In this document: positions 17,577 to 27,437 of the stretch, in pieces
Numbering within the stretch: position 1 is the first letter of the stretch
Layout of the letters: each line of letters begins with the position of its first letter
Source of the DNA: Obrimoposthia wandeli
Taxonomy: Eukaryota
Assembly (NCBI GenBank): GCA_977020255.1
Contig: CDROCS010005463.1
Coordinates: forward strand, 1 to 64,000
Length of the DNA: 64,000 bases
Direction: 5' to 3'
Made by a program: the position numbers and the translations under genes
Notes under the pieces: model-generated
Databases searched by the model: none
Told to the model about the DNA's origin: nothing
What the model saw: the letters and a program-made list of their open reading frames with translations, nothing else

Positions 17577-18461
17577 CTAAGTTGTCTCAGCTATTTTTTG
17601 TTTAATAAAATTCGCAAACGTTTGCACTCTAGCCGTACGGTGCATTAAGACATGAGTGACTAACCATAATTGATTTTCCCAGTTCGGCCAATTACCTTTA
17701 AGTGCTATTAAGTTCGCATCGTGTTTAGCTTCCCAAGTGTTGACTAGTCCTATTCCAATACCTTGCTTTATGGCTAATAAATTGGCTTGAACAGTTGAGG
17801 TGCGGTAACTAATGTTGCGGTTGTCAATATTCTCTTCTATCCATTTAAAGTAGGCAAAGTCATTACTTGCAGAGCCCGCTATAAATTTATGATGTTGCAA
17901 TTGAGTTAATGAGGTAGGTGTCCCTGCTCTTTTTAAATAAGACATTGAAGCGTATAAGCGCATGGACAAGGGCATAATAGGTTGAGCAATGTAATCAGGC
18001 TCTGTTGGCTGGCTGCCAGGTCTTAATGCAATGTGTGCCTGGCCGTGATCTAAGCGCAGGCGCTTATTATCAAAGCGTACTTCTAGCTGGATATTAGGGT
18101 ATAACAAGCAAAACTCTGCAAACCACGGTGTAAGCTGTTCAATAAAGCCATCGACAGTGGTGATAATGAGGTGGCCAGTCATTTGCTCATCTCGGCTTTG
18201 TAGTTGACCTGTCATATTGTCTAATTGTTGCTTAATACTAGCAGCTACTTGAAATAACTCATTGCCAGACTCCGTTGGGGTATAGCCTCTAGCATGGCGA
18301 AGAAATAACCGAGTGTTTAACGATGTCTCTAATGCTGAAACTCGCCTCAGTACGGTAGAGTGATGTACTCCTAGCTGCTCTGCAGCTGCAGATAGCGTTC
18401 CTAAGCGGGCTACTTCATAAGCAATTTTAATATCATCCCAATGTTCTATCTGTGTATTCAT
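17577..18461 (-). CDS. LysR family regulator
   Basis: WDDIKIAYEVARLGTLSAAAEQLGVHHSTVLRRV HTH; divergent from FMN reductase. Confidence 0.9.
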   Translation of the reverse strand: MNTQIEHWDDIKIAYEVARLGTLSAAAEQLGVHHSTVLRRVSALETSLNTRLFLRHARGYTPTESGNELFQVAASIKQQLDNMTGQLQSRDEQMTGHLIITTVDGFIEQLTPWFAEFCLLYPNIQLEVRFDNKRLRLDHGQAHIALRPGSQPTEPDYIAQPIMPLSMRLYASMSYLKRAGTPTSLTQLQHHKFIAGSASNDFAYFKWIEENIDNRNISYRTSTVQANLLAIKQGIGIGLVNTWEAKHDANLIALKGNWPNWENQLWLVTHVLMHRTARVQTFANFIKQKIAETT

Positions 18462-18546
18462 GCACAGCAGCATTGCACAAATGGTATTCAAGTGCAATAA
18501 AGCGCAAAGTATACTAGCTGAATCTTATATGTATTGAGGAATTACT

Positions 18547-19119
18547 ATGTCTAATCCAATTAAAGTTATCGCGTTTGCAGGTAGTTTGAGAAAAGCATCA
18601 TTTAACCACGTTTTAGCTGAGCTGGTCGCTCAGCAGGCGCAAAATGCAGGTGCACAAGTAGAAGTTATTCGCTTGGATGATTTCAGTATTCCATTGTTCA
18701 ATGAAGATTTAGAAAAAGAAGGGCCAATAGCATCTGTAGAGCAACTAAAAGATAAAATTCGCTCGGCTGATGCCTTAATAGTCGCTTCTCCTGAGTATAA
18801 CGGATCGGTTAGCGGTGTGCTTAAAAATGCGCTAGATTGGTTGTCTAGGACACCAGCAGGAGAGTTGCCGGCTTTTAGTGATACAGTTGTAGCCTTAGTT
18901 GCTGCATCTCCTGGAGGCCTGGGTGGTATTAGAGGATTGTCTCAAGCGCGTGATGTATTTGTTGGGGTGGGTGCGCTGGTTCTGAGTGATCAATTAGCTG
19001 TTGCCAATGCATATCAAGCGTTTGATGATCAAGGACAGTTAACCGATGAAGACACAGCTAAACGAGTGAAAGATTTAGCCGAGAGTTTGGTTGTAAAAAC
19101 CACTAAATTGAATTCATAG
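18547..19119 (+). CDS. NADPH-dependent FMN reductase (ChrR-like)
   Basis: GSLRKASFN, SPEYNGSVSGVLKNALDW. Confidence 0.9.
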   Translation: MSNPIKVIAFAGSLRKASFNHVLAELVAQQAQNAGAQVEVIRLDDFSIPLFNEDLEKEGPIASVEQLKDKIRSADALIVASPEYNGSVSGVLKNALDWLSRTPAGELPAFSDTVVALVAASPGGLGGIRGLSQARDVFVGVGALVLSDQLAVANAYQAFDDQGQLTDEDTAKRVKDLAESLVVKTTKLNS

Positions 19120-19142
19120 TTGTTGCAGGGCTTCGTTCTATT

Positions 19143-19177
19143 GGCGGATGATTTAAATACGAACAAAATCATCCGCC
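19143..19177. terminator. 12-bp-stem hairpin between convergent genes (terminator or REP-like)
   Basis: GGCGGATGATTT...AAATCATCCGCC. Confidence 0.6.
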
Positions 19178-19194
19178 CTAGATTTATAAAGGTG

Positions 19195-20058
19195 CTATTT
19201 TGCTCTACTTTTAGTGAATAGATTTAGAATGAAACCACCTAAAAGTAGTTTGGTGATATTAGATTTTTGATAGAGGCTTTCGGGGATTTTATGGGCAATT
19301 TTTGCGTGTAATTGCGGTAGTCTTGACCAGTGAACACCCTGCTTATGGTGATGTGCAGTGTGGTAACCCAAATTACCGGTTAAAAAGTTAAAAACTGGAT
19401 TTAAATTATTGAAAGAGGCTTCAAATTCATTTTCTGTGTCTAGCCCACTATGGTGCTCATATGTCACATATGCGGTAAAAAGTAAACTGGTTGCCATAGG
19501 TAGGATGAATAAGAAAAGTGCAGCTAAAGGGTTCCAGATAACAAGTGCAATCACTAATGCCAAAGTGAGTGCTGTATAACGCACGAATATTTTTAGTTGT
19601 TTAGGGTGTCGCTTACCAACAGTGTAGCCACGAGGGTAGGCTGTCAGTGCAACATTTAAAGAGTATTCCAAAACGCCCATTTTGCTACCGTCTTTACGTT
19701 TCCATCTACTTTCATCTTTTTCTTGATCAAGAAAGTTTAAATGATGTCCTAGCACGTGATGTAGACGCCATAAATGGGTCGATACACCAGTGTGCAAAGC
19801 ATAAAAGAATTCTAAAACACGGTTTAAATTTTTATTTCGAAACGTAAAAAGATGTTGATGATGATGATTCCAGGCACAAATAACCCCTTTTGGAATGAGC
19901 ATAATTGCATAGTACGTAATAAATACAGTAATACTTGTCACAGCAAAATAAAGGATGAAATCCATAACGGTTAAGCTGAGGATGATTGCAACGGGCCAGC
20001 GATCTTCTTTAAATCTAAAGATACTATTGTTAGGTGTTACTTGAGCGCTCGCTTGCAT
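19195..20058 (-). CDS. Membrane fatty-acid desaturase/hydroxylase family protein
   Basis: His boxes NHHHQH, LHHVLGHH, HTAHH. Confidence 0.85.
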   Translation of the reverse strand: MQASAQVTPNNSIFRFKEDRWPVAIILSLTVMDFILYFAVTSITVFITYYAIMLIPKGVICAWNHHHQHLFTFRNKNLNRVLEFFYALHTGVSTHLWRLHHVLGHHLNFLDQEKDESRWKRKDGSKMGVLEYSLNVALTAYPRGYTVGKRHPKQLKIFVRYTALTLALVIALVIWNPLAALFLFILPMATSLLFTAYVTYEHHSGLDTENEFEASFNNLNPVFNFLTGNLGYHTAHHHKQGVHWSRLPQLHAKIAHKIPESLYQKSNITKLLLGGFILNLFTKSRAK

Positions 20059-20429
20059 AAAATTCCTTTCAATCTTACAGATAGGTATAAAAAGGCCAAT
20101 AATATAATAATGCTTACAACTTAGCCAGATAACATGCGTGTATGACCCCTTCATTTAAGGGGTTGGGCTTATATGTGTTGTTTTTTTACTCAACATTTAA
20201 TAACAGGGCTCGTTAGTTTTTGCCTATAATTGAATCATTAGTCATACGCCCTTGTTATCCAATTGGGTAAAGATCATTAGCCTTATTGAGAGGGTGGTTT
20301 TTAAAGTGAATGAATTAATGATGCGCAAGTGTTATCTGTGTGAGTGTGTGGCTATTTTTTCTGTATGAATACCTCGCTATTGATTTACAGTAAATCAACA
20401 GCGGTTTTATTTTAAAAGTAGTTGATCCT

Positions 20430-21347
20430 TTATTGAGATAGGTTTGACTTTTGCTCTCGTACCACACGGGCTTTAGCCAGTATTGGGTAAACTAGCATTT
20501 GATAAATAACTGGCGTAGCGACGCCTGAAATAATCAAGAGGCAGGCGATTAGCTTTATCCCTTGAATCTGCTCTTGATAGAAAATGACAGAGCCTAGCAG
20601 GGCAAACATTGGAATCAGCAGCTTTATTGGAGCCATTTGGCTCAATGGGTATTGAGTCAAAAGCTTGTTCCAAATCCAATACCCCACCACCGTCGTAGGA
20701 TAGGCTTGAAATAAGACTGAGGCAGCTGCTATCTGATTAAAGTCATTGGTTATCGATATAAAGCCAGTACTTCCATTTACGATAAAGGCAATGATAAAGA
20801 GTGGTATCGGTGCAAACAAACTAGACCATACAACAAAAGCGAACATCTCCTTTATGTTCGCTTTTTTGATGGTTAAACCCACTAAGCTTAAGCTAATGGC
20901 CCCAAAGATCGCTAATATTGCACCTGTGGTTGTGACGGAGCCATCTTCAATTTGAAAAATTAATATCAGCCCGCTAAACGAAATTAAGAGACCTGTTAAA
21001 GCGCTGTAGCTCAATTTTTCTTTGAGAATAACCACTCCAAATATGACGCTGATGAAAGCGCTCAATTCTAAAATTACACCTGCCATACCTGCAGATAACC
21101 CCTTTGCCATCGAGAGTGACATAAGACCCCAAACACCCACCCCAAACAGCATTCCGTAGCTCACTAAATAGGTCAAACTTACCTTAGGTCGCTTGATAAA
21201 GAGCACTAAAGGGAGTGCGGCGAAAGTGAACCTAAGACCTGCCAGAATGAATGGATCCATATTGTCGATGCCAGCTTTAATGACCGAGAAGTTGAATCCC
21301 CAAAGGCAAGTAACGGCAATGGCGAGTAGTAAGTGTTGAGCTTTCAT
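20430..21347 (-). CDS. EamA/DMT exporter (paralog 2)
   Basis: TCLWGFNFSVIK, 10 TM, Y..WNKLLTQYP. Confidence 0.9.
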   Translation of the reverse strand: MKAQHLLLAIAVTCLWGFNFSVIKAGIDNMDPFILAGLRFTFAALPLVLFIKRPKVSLTYLVSYGMLFGVGVWGLMSLSMAKGLSAGMAGVILELSAFISVIFGVVILKEKLSYSALTGLLISFSGLILIFQIEDGSVTTTGAILAIFGAISLSLVGLTIKKANIKEMFAFVVWSSLFAPIPLFIIAFIVNGSTGFISITNDFNQIAAASVLFQAYPTTVVGYWIWNKLLTQYPLSQMAPIKLLIPMFALLGSVIFYQEQIQGIKLIACLLIISGVATPVIYQMLVYPILAKARVVREQKSNLSQ

Positions 21348-21391
21348 TTTATGCGACCTGTTAGAGGTTTTATTTGGTTTGAATTTTTGGC

Positions 21392-22297
21392 TTAAGTTTT
21401 TGAGTTAAATTTTTGTTTAGTTAGTGATTGGATCACTGCGGCGCTTAATTTAACCAGTAATGGCAGGGCAATCCCTGTAACAACCAATACAATCGCAATG
21501 AGTTTATATAATCCTATCTGCTCGTTAAAAAATAAAATTGAGCCGATGATGCCAAACACGGGTACTAACAGCCTTATCGGACTCATAACAGATAAAGGGT
21601 AAGTTGTTAAAAGCTTATTCCACATCCAGTAACCTAATAGAGTAGTGGGGTAGGCTTGAATAAAAGCAGAGTAGATAACAGTGCTGTTTATTGAATGATA
21701 GATAGCAGAAAATGAAAGCTGTTCTTCGCTGAGTAACGCGACAAGTATCAGCGGCAATGGGGCGAAGAGGCTGGAATAAACGATAAAAGAAAACATTTCT
21801 TTTATCTGGGCTTTTTTGATTAAAAAATTAACAATACTTAAGCTCACTGCGCCGATGATGGCGAACAGAAATCCCTTTAGAGTCACAGAGCCATCTTCTA
21901 TATAAAAGACCATGGCTAGGCCAATAGAGGAGATAAAGAATCCAATAATTTGGCAGCTTTTTAGCTGCTCTGCAAAGTAAGTGGCACCTATTAATATGCT
22001 AATAAAAGCGCTGGCTTGAATTATCGTGCTGGCCATTCCAGCCGATAAGCCCTGTTCTATCGACAAAGACATCATCCCCCAAACGCCCACCCCAAAAGTA
22101 ATGCCATAGATGCTAATGTTCCACCAAGAGGTATTAGGTTTAGATACGAAGAAAACCAGCGGTAATGCTGCAAAAATAAAGCGCAAAGCGGTGAGTAAAA
22201 AAGGATTAGTTTGCTCGACGCCAAATTTGATGGCTGAAAAATTAAAGCCCCAAAGGCAAGTTATAGCAACAGCGATGAGTAAGTGCAGCGGCTTCAT
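21392..22297 (-). CDS. EamA/DMT exporter (paralog 1)
   Basis: TCLWGFNFSAIK, 10 TM, Y..WNKLLTTYP. Confidence 0.9.
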   Translation of the reverse strand: MKPLHLLIAVAITCLWGFNFSAIKFGVEQTNPFLLTALRFIFAALPLVFFVSKPNTSWWNISIYGITFGVGVWGMMSLSIEQGLSAGMASTIIQASAFISILIGATYFAEQLKSCQIIGFFISSIGLAMVFYIEDGSVTLKGFLFAIIGAVSLSIVNFLIKKAQIKEMFSFIVYSSLFAPLPLILVALLSEEQLSFSAIYHSINSTVIYSAFIQAYPTTLLGYWMWNKLLTTYPLSVMSPIRLLVPVFGIIGSILFFNEQIGLYKLIAIVLVVTGIALPLLVKLSAAVIQSLTKQKFNSKT

Positions 22298-22387
22298 GGA
22301 TTGCTTCCTGTAAAGTTATTTGACTATTATCAAGAATCAGGCAAAAATATACAGATGCAATTTTAGGTAAATTTTAGGGTACAATTT

Positions 22388-23818
22388 ATGAGCGCGCGAT
22401 ATATTCAGCTAAGTGAGAAAATAATCGATGACATTGGATTAGGTAAATTAGCCATTGGCCAGCGTATGCCCTCTATTCGCAAAATGACTCTTCAGCATCA
22501 AGTAAGCATGACAACAGTCGTGAGTTGTTATCATCGTCTTGAGGAGCAAGGTTGGCTAAACGCTAAGCCGCAGTCGGGTTTTTTTGTATCTCAGCCTTTA
22601 AATAAGGGCGCAACGCCTAAGTTTGAAACGTTTAAGGCAATGGTTACTCAGCCGAGAAACCACCAGACTTTGATACATAAAAGAAGAAATCTTGGGCCTT
22701 TTTATACCGCACAGCTCTCCCCAGATTTACTGCCAATTCAAGTGCTTAATAGAGCGCAGCAGCGTGCAACTTTGCGTGCGCCAGAGCAGATGTATCAATA
22801 CCCTGAAGTGCAGGGTAATAAGTATTTGCGAGTAGTATTGGCCGCTCATTTTACTGCGAATTATTTTTCTCTTAATGCAGAGAAACTAGTAATTACCAAT
22901 GGTTGTATTGATGCGGTACGTGTGGCGTTGGAGGTGACGAGTGATAAGGGAGATATCATTATTGTATCCTCGCCTTGCTTTAATGGGTTGTTGGACTTAT
23001 TGCAAAATATGCAACGTCTGGTGATTGAAATACCCTGTGGCGAAAACGGCTTAGATTTAGTGCAACTTGAAGATCACCTTAAAGATGCAAACGTTAAAGC
23101 GTGTCTGCTCAGTGCTAGCTTTATTAACCCGCAGGGAACGAGCTTAGCGGTGGAGCAAAAAAAACGTATTGTGGAGCTGGCAGAGCAGTATCAAGTGCCT
23201 ATTATTGAGGATGATGTGTATTTAGAGTTGGGGTTTAATAAAGTGGCTCCGTTACCGATTAAGCATTGGGATCAAAGTGGTTGGGTGTTGTGGTGTGGAT
23301 CAATCTCAAAAACACTGGGTGCTGGTTATAGATTAGGTTGGTGTGAAGCAGGGCGTTATCTTGACGAGTATCTCAGCTACTTGTCCGGCCATTCATTTGG
23401 AGTGAATAACATTGCGCAAATTACAGTGAGTGAATTAATTGCTTCTGGTCAGTATCTAAAATATTTAAAAAAACTAACGTTGTCTTTAGCTAGCCATGCT
23501 TTTGACTATCATCAATTATTACGAGAGTGTTTGGGGTCTAGTGCCAAAATTAGCGCAATTGATGGCGGATTAGTTTTGTGGGTGCAAATGGTAGGATTGA
23601 ACAGTACCAAGCTAATCGAAAGGGCGAATGATTTAGGTATCTATGTAAAAGCTGGGCAAGAGTTTACGAGTCGAAATGGCTACACAGATTGTATTAGATT
23701 GAATATAGGCTGGTCCATTACTAAGCACAAACCAGAAGAGCAGCGTCACTATCAATTGTCTGAACGAGAGCAATTAATAACATTGTGTGCTTTGGTTAAA
23801 GAATGTATAGATGATTAG
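22388..23818 (+). CDS. MocR/GabR-family regulator (GntR HTH plus PLP aminotransferase-like domain)
   Basis: RMPSIRKMT HTH; IIEDDVY; GSISKTLGAGYRLGW. Confidence 0.9.
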   Translation: MSARYIQLSEKIIDDIGLGKLAIGQRMPSIRKMTLQHQVSMTTVVSCYHRLEEQGWLNAKPQSGFFVSQPLNKGATPKFETFKAMVTQPRNHQTLIHKRRNLGPFYTAQLSPDLLPIQVLNRAQQRATLRAPEQMYQYPEVQGNKYLRVVLAAHFTANYFSLNAEKLVITNGCIDAVRVALEVTSDKGDIIIVSSPCFNGLLDLLQNMQRLVIEIPCGENGLDLVQLEDHLKDANVKACLLSASFINPQGTSLAVEQKKRIVELAEQYQVPIIEDDVYLELGFNKVAPLPIKHWDQSGWVLWCGSISKTLGAGYRLGWCEAGRYLDEYLSYLSGHSFGVNNIAQITVSELIASGQYLKYLKKLTLSLASHAFDYHQLLRECLGSSAKISAIDGGLVLWVQMVGLNSTKLIERANDLGIYVKAGQEFTSRNGYTDCIRLNIGWSITKHKPEEQRHYQLSEREQLITLCALVKECIDD

Positions 23819-23843
23819 TTGGTTTTAATGTGCCCTAAAAACA

Positions 23844-23877
23844 CAAAACCCCGACAGCTCTCGCTATTGGGGTTTTG
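23844..23877. terminator. Bidirectional terminator between MocR gene and fusA
   Basis: CAAAACCCC...GGGGTTTTG with A/T flanks. Confidence 0.75.
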
Positions 23878-23912
23878 ATTTTAAAGCCTAAAAGGCTGCT
23901 AGCAAAAACAAA

Positions 23913-26006
23913 TTACTTGTTTTTAGCTGCTTTTCTTTCTCTTTCTTCAGCAATAACTTTCTCAGATACCGAGTTAGGGCAAGGAAGGTAATGCTCGAAC
24001 TGCATAGAGAACTGACCACGGCCAGAAGTCATAGTACGTAGGCTTCCGATGTAACCAAACATTTCCGATAAAGGAACGTCTGCTTTAATACGTACGCCAG
24101 TTACGCCAGCTTCCTGATCTTTGATCATGCCACGACGACGGTTAAGGTCACCGATAACATCACCAACGTGATCATCTGGAGTGAACACGTCAACAGCCAT
24201 GATAGGCTCGATCAACTGTGGAGAAGCCTTAGGGATAGATTGACGGAAAGCGCCTTTAGCAGCGATTTCAAAGGCAACTGCTGAGGAGTCAACTGCGTGG
24301 AAACCACCATCGTACAGTTCAACTTCAACGTCAAGTACAGGGAATCCAGCAAGTACGCCTTCGTCCATCATGCTCTTGAAGCCTTTCTCGATTGCTGGGA
24401 AAAATTCCTTAGGAACGTTACCACCAACAACTTTAGATGCAAATACGAAACCAGATCCAGGCTCGCCCGGCTTGATTTTGTAGTCGATCTTACCGAATTG
24501 TCCAGAACCACCAGACTGCTTCTTATGTGTGTAAGAATCATCGATTTCAGTAGTGATCGTTTCACGGTATGCAACTTGTGGTTCACCAACAAGTAAATCA
24601 ACACCGTATGTACGCATAAGGATGTCAACTTTGATGTCTAAGTGAAGCTCACCCATACCTGAAAGGATTGTTTCGCCTGAATCTTGGTCGGTTTCAACTT
24701 TGAAAGTTGGATCTTCTGCAACCATTTTACCGATAGCAATACCCATTTTCTCAGTAGAACCTTTATCTTTAGGCGTTACAGAGATAGAGATTACTGGCTC
24801 AGGGAATACCATCGCTTCTAGGATGATTGGATCTTTAGGATCACATAAAGTGTGACCTGTTTGAACGTTACTCTTCATACCAACGATAGCGATGATGTCG
24901 CCCGCTTGTGCGCTAGCAAGTTCATTACGATCATCCGCTTGCATTTCACACATACGACCAATACGCTCAGTTTTACCTGTCGCAGCGTTAAGGATAGTAT
25001 CGCCTTTCTTCAAAGTACCTGAATAGATACGTACGAAAGTAAGTGCACCAAAACGGTCATCAGAGATTTTAAATGCTAACGCTTTGAAAGATTCATCAGC
25101 AGAAACAGTAGCAACCGCGCCAGTAGGCTCGCCTTCTTCATCTGTTAATGGCTGTGGATCAACATCAGTCGGGCATGGTAGGTAATCAACAACAGCGTCA
25201 AGGATTAATTGAACACCTTTGTTCTTGAATGCAGAACCACAGTACGTTGGGAATAACTCCATTGTACGTGTTCCGGCACGGATACAACGTTTAATGTCTT
25301 CTATAGAAGGCTCTTCACCTTCCATGTACGCTTCCATTAGGTCATCGTCTTGCTCAACAGCAGTTTCGATTAGTAATTCACGGTACTCTTCAACTTTATC
25401 AACCATGTCCGCAGGAACATCAGTGATTTCAAAGTTTTCAGGAAGACCAGTGTCATCCCAGATGTGTGCTTTACGAGTAAGTAGGTCAACAACACCAACG
25501 AAATCATCTTCGATACCGATAGGTAGAACCATGATTAACGGGTTAGCAGCAAGTACATCTTTAGTTTGCTTAACAACGCGATAGAAATCAGCACCCATAC
25601 GGTCTAACTTATTGACGAAGATAATACGAGCAACACGTGATTCGTTCGCGTAGCGCCAGTTAGTTTCTGACTGAGGCTCAACACCGCCTGATCCACAGAA
25701 AACACCAACACCGCCGTCTAATACTTTAAGTGAACGGTAAACTTCAACAGTGAAGTCAACGTGGCCAGGAGTATCGATAACGTTAAAGCGGTGGTCTTTC
25801 CAGAAACAAGTAACGGCAGCAGACTGGATAGTTATACCGCGCTCTGCTTCCTGTGTCATGAAATCGGTAGTAGATTCGCCATCATGAACTTCGCCCGTTT
25901 TGTGAATTTGGCCAGTAAGCTTCAAGATACGTTCCGTGGTGGTAGTTTTTCCCGCGTCTACGTGGGCGAAAATACCAATGTTTCTGTATTTGGATAAGTC
26001 AGACAT
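23913..26006 (-). CDS. fusA: Elongation factor G, stand-alone copy
   Basis: [35 protein letters not shown]; likely start MSDLSKY at 26006. Confidence 0.97.
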   Translation of the reverse strand: MSDLSKYRNIGIFAHVDAGKTTTTERILKLTGQIHKTGEVHDGESTTDFMTQEAERGITIQSAAVTCFWKDHRFNVIDTPGHVDFTVEVYRSLKVLDGGVGVFCGSGGVEPQSETNWRYANESRVARIIFVNKLDRMGADFYRVVKQTKDVLAANPLIMVLPIGIEDDFVGVVDLLTRKAHIWDDTGLPENFEITDVPADMVDKVEEYRELLIETAVEQDDDLMEAYMEGEEPSIEDIKRCIRAGTRTMELFPTYCGSAFKNKGVQLILDAVVDYLPCPTDVDPQPLTDEEGEPTGAVATVSADESFKALAFKISDDRFGALTFVRIYSGTLKKGDTILNAATGKTERIGRMCEMQADDRNELASAQAGDIIAIVGMKSNVQTGHTLCDPKDPIILEAMVFPEPVISISVTPKDKGSTEKMGIAIGKMVAEDPTFKVETDQDSGETILSGMGELHLDIKVDILMRTYGVDLLVGEPQVAYRETITTEIDDSYTHKKQSGGSGQFGKIDYKIKPGEPGSGFVFASKVVGGNVPKEFFPAIEKGFKSMMDEGVLAGFPVLDVEVELYDGGFHAVDSSAVAFEIAAKGAFRQSIPKASPQLIEPIMAVDVFTPDDHVGDVIGDLNRRRGMIKDQEAGVTGVRIKADVPLSEMFGYIGSLRTMTSGRGQFSMQFEHYLPCPNSVSEKVIAEERERKAAKNK

Positions 26007-26443
26007 TGTTTTACTCGTCGGATTATTAGATAAATATATGAAAACTCCACTGCGTTTAAGCAAAAGCCTTCATGATGTTAGGAATAAATAGCGCTGCATT
26101 ATACAGGATAAAAGATAGCTTTGTGGAGAGAAACTGAAAAATATTTTTACACTATATAAATCAATAGCTTGTCTTTACGAAAAGGCGGTTGTTTTATGAG
26201 AAAGCGTAATCGGGCGCACAATAAAGATTGTTTAAATGTTAAACAGTAGCTTGCACAAGTGCTAAAACTAAAAAATTGGCGCTGTAGTATCTTGCTCATA
26301 GTGCTATTTATATGGTTAGATTCCTTCTTTTATTAATGAATTAAGAGCTCATCTAGATACTGGCTGAGTAACCGCATTACGTTAGCAGATGGCCCGGTAA
26401 TGTTTCATGGGATATCTTGAATAGAAAGCTATTGGATAAAAAT

Positions 26444-27064
26444 ATGATTGCCACAGGCACTTTATACATAATATCTGCACCATCTGGGGCAGGTAAAACC
26501 AGCTTAGTCAAAGCGCTATTGGCTAAAGATCAACAAGTTTGCGTTTCTGTGTCGGACACAACGCGCGCGATGCGTGAGGGGGAAGTAGACGGGACGGATT
26601 ATAACTTTGTCGATATGTCGACGTTTGATAAGCAAATCTCTGAAAATGTTTATTTAGAGTACGCTAATGTCTTTACCAATAAATACGGTACCTCTAAAAA
26701 ATGGGTACAAGCACAGCTTGCTCTAGGCAAAGATGTAATACTGGAAATAGATTGGCAAGGTGCTCAACAAGTTCGGGAGCATATACAAGGTAGTGTTTCT
26801 ATTTTTATACTGCCCCCATCACAGCAAGAACTGCGTTCAAGGTTGCAAGGTAGAGGCACTGATGATCAAGCAGTGGTCGATCATCGTATGGAAAATTCAG
26901 TGGGTGAAATTGAACACTACCCTGAATTTGACTATTTAGTTTTTAATGACGATTTCAATGAAGCACTGATACAGCTACAGGCGGTTTTTACCAGTAGACG
27001 ATTAACGCTTGCTCAGCAGCAGTTGCGTTATAGTGAATTATTAACCCAATTGGTTAAGAAGTAG
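26444..27064 (+). CDS. gmk: Guanylate kinase
   Basis: SAPSGAGKTSL, LEIDWQGAQQVR. Confidence 0.97.
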   Translation: MIATGTLYIISAPSGAGKTSLVKALLAKDQQVCVSVSDTTRAMREGEVDGTDYNFVDMSTFDKQISENVYLEYANVFTNKYGTSKKWVQAQLALGKDVILEIDWQGAQQVREHIQGSVSIFILPPSQQELRSRLQGRGTDDQAVVDHRMENSVGEIEHYPEFDYLVFNDDFNEALIQLQAVFTSRRLTLAQQQLRYSELLTQLVKK

Positions 27065-27155
27065 GCGCGAATAGATTGAAGTTTACCGATTGCTTCTGTA
27101 TTATTGCGCGTCCTTTGTGTATCGTTTATACCATTATTAAAAATTGAGGTTTATC

Positions 27156-27365
27156 ATGGCTCGTGTAACAGTTGAAGATTGCTTAGAAAATGTAGAGAAC
27201 CGTTTTGAGTTAGTGATGGTTGCAGCTAAGCGTGCACGTCAGTTGGCGACAGGTGGAAAAGAGCCTTTCGTAGATAAAGAAAAGGATAAAGAAACAGTTA
27301 TAGCACTTCGCGAAATTGCTGAAGGGCATGTTGATAGCACAATTCTTAATGATATCGGTGCATAG
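27156..27365 (+). CDS. rpoZ: RNA polymerase omega subunit
   Basis: [30 protein letters not shown]. Confidence 0.97.
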   Translation: MARVTVEDCLENVENRFELVMVAAKRARQLATGGKEPFVDKEKDKETVIALREIAEGHVDSTILNDIGA

Positions 27366-27437
27366 GCGCTATCCTATAGCGCTATAATGGGGCATTATAA
27401 CTGTATACCTTAATAGAATTAGTATACAGGATGAATA

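Noticed and set aside
7456-23820. Intact integrative element or prophage at tRNA-Phe
   Set aside because: No integrase, transposase, phage or conjugation genes and no distal att copy seen; only a local decayed repeat
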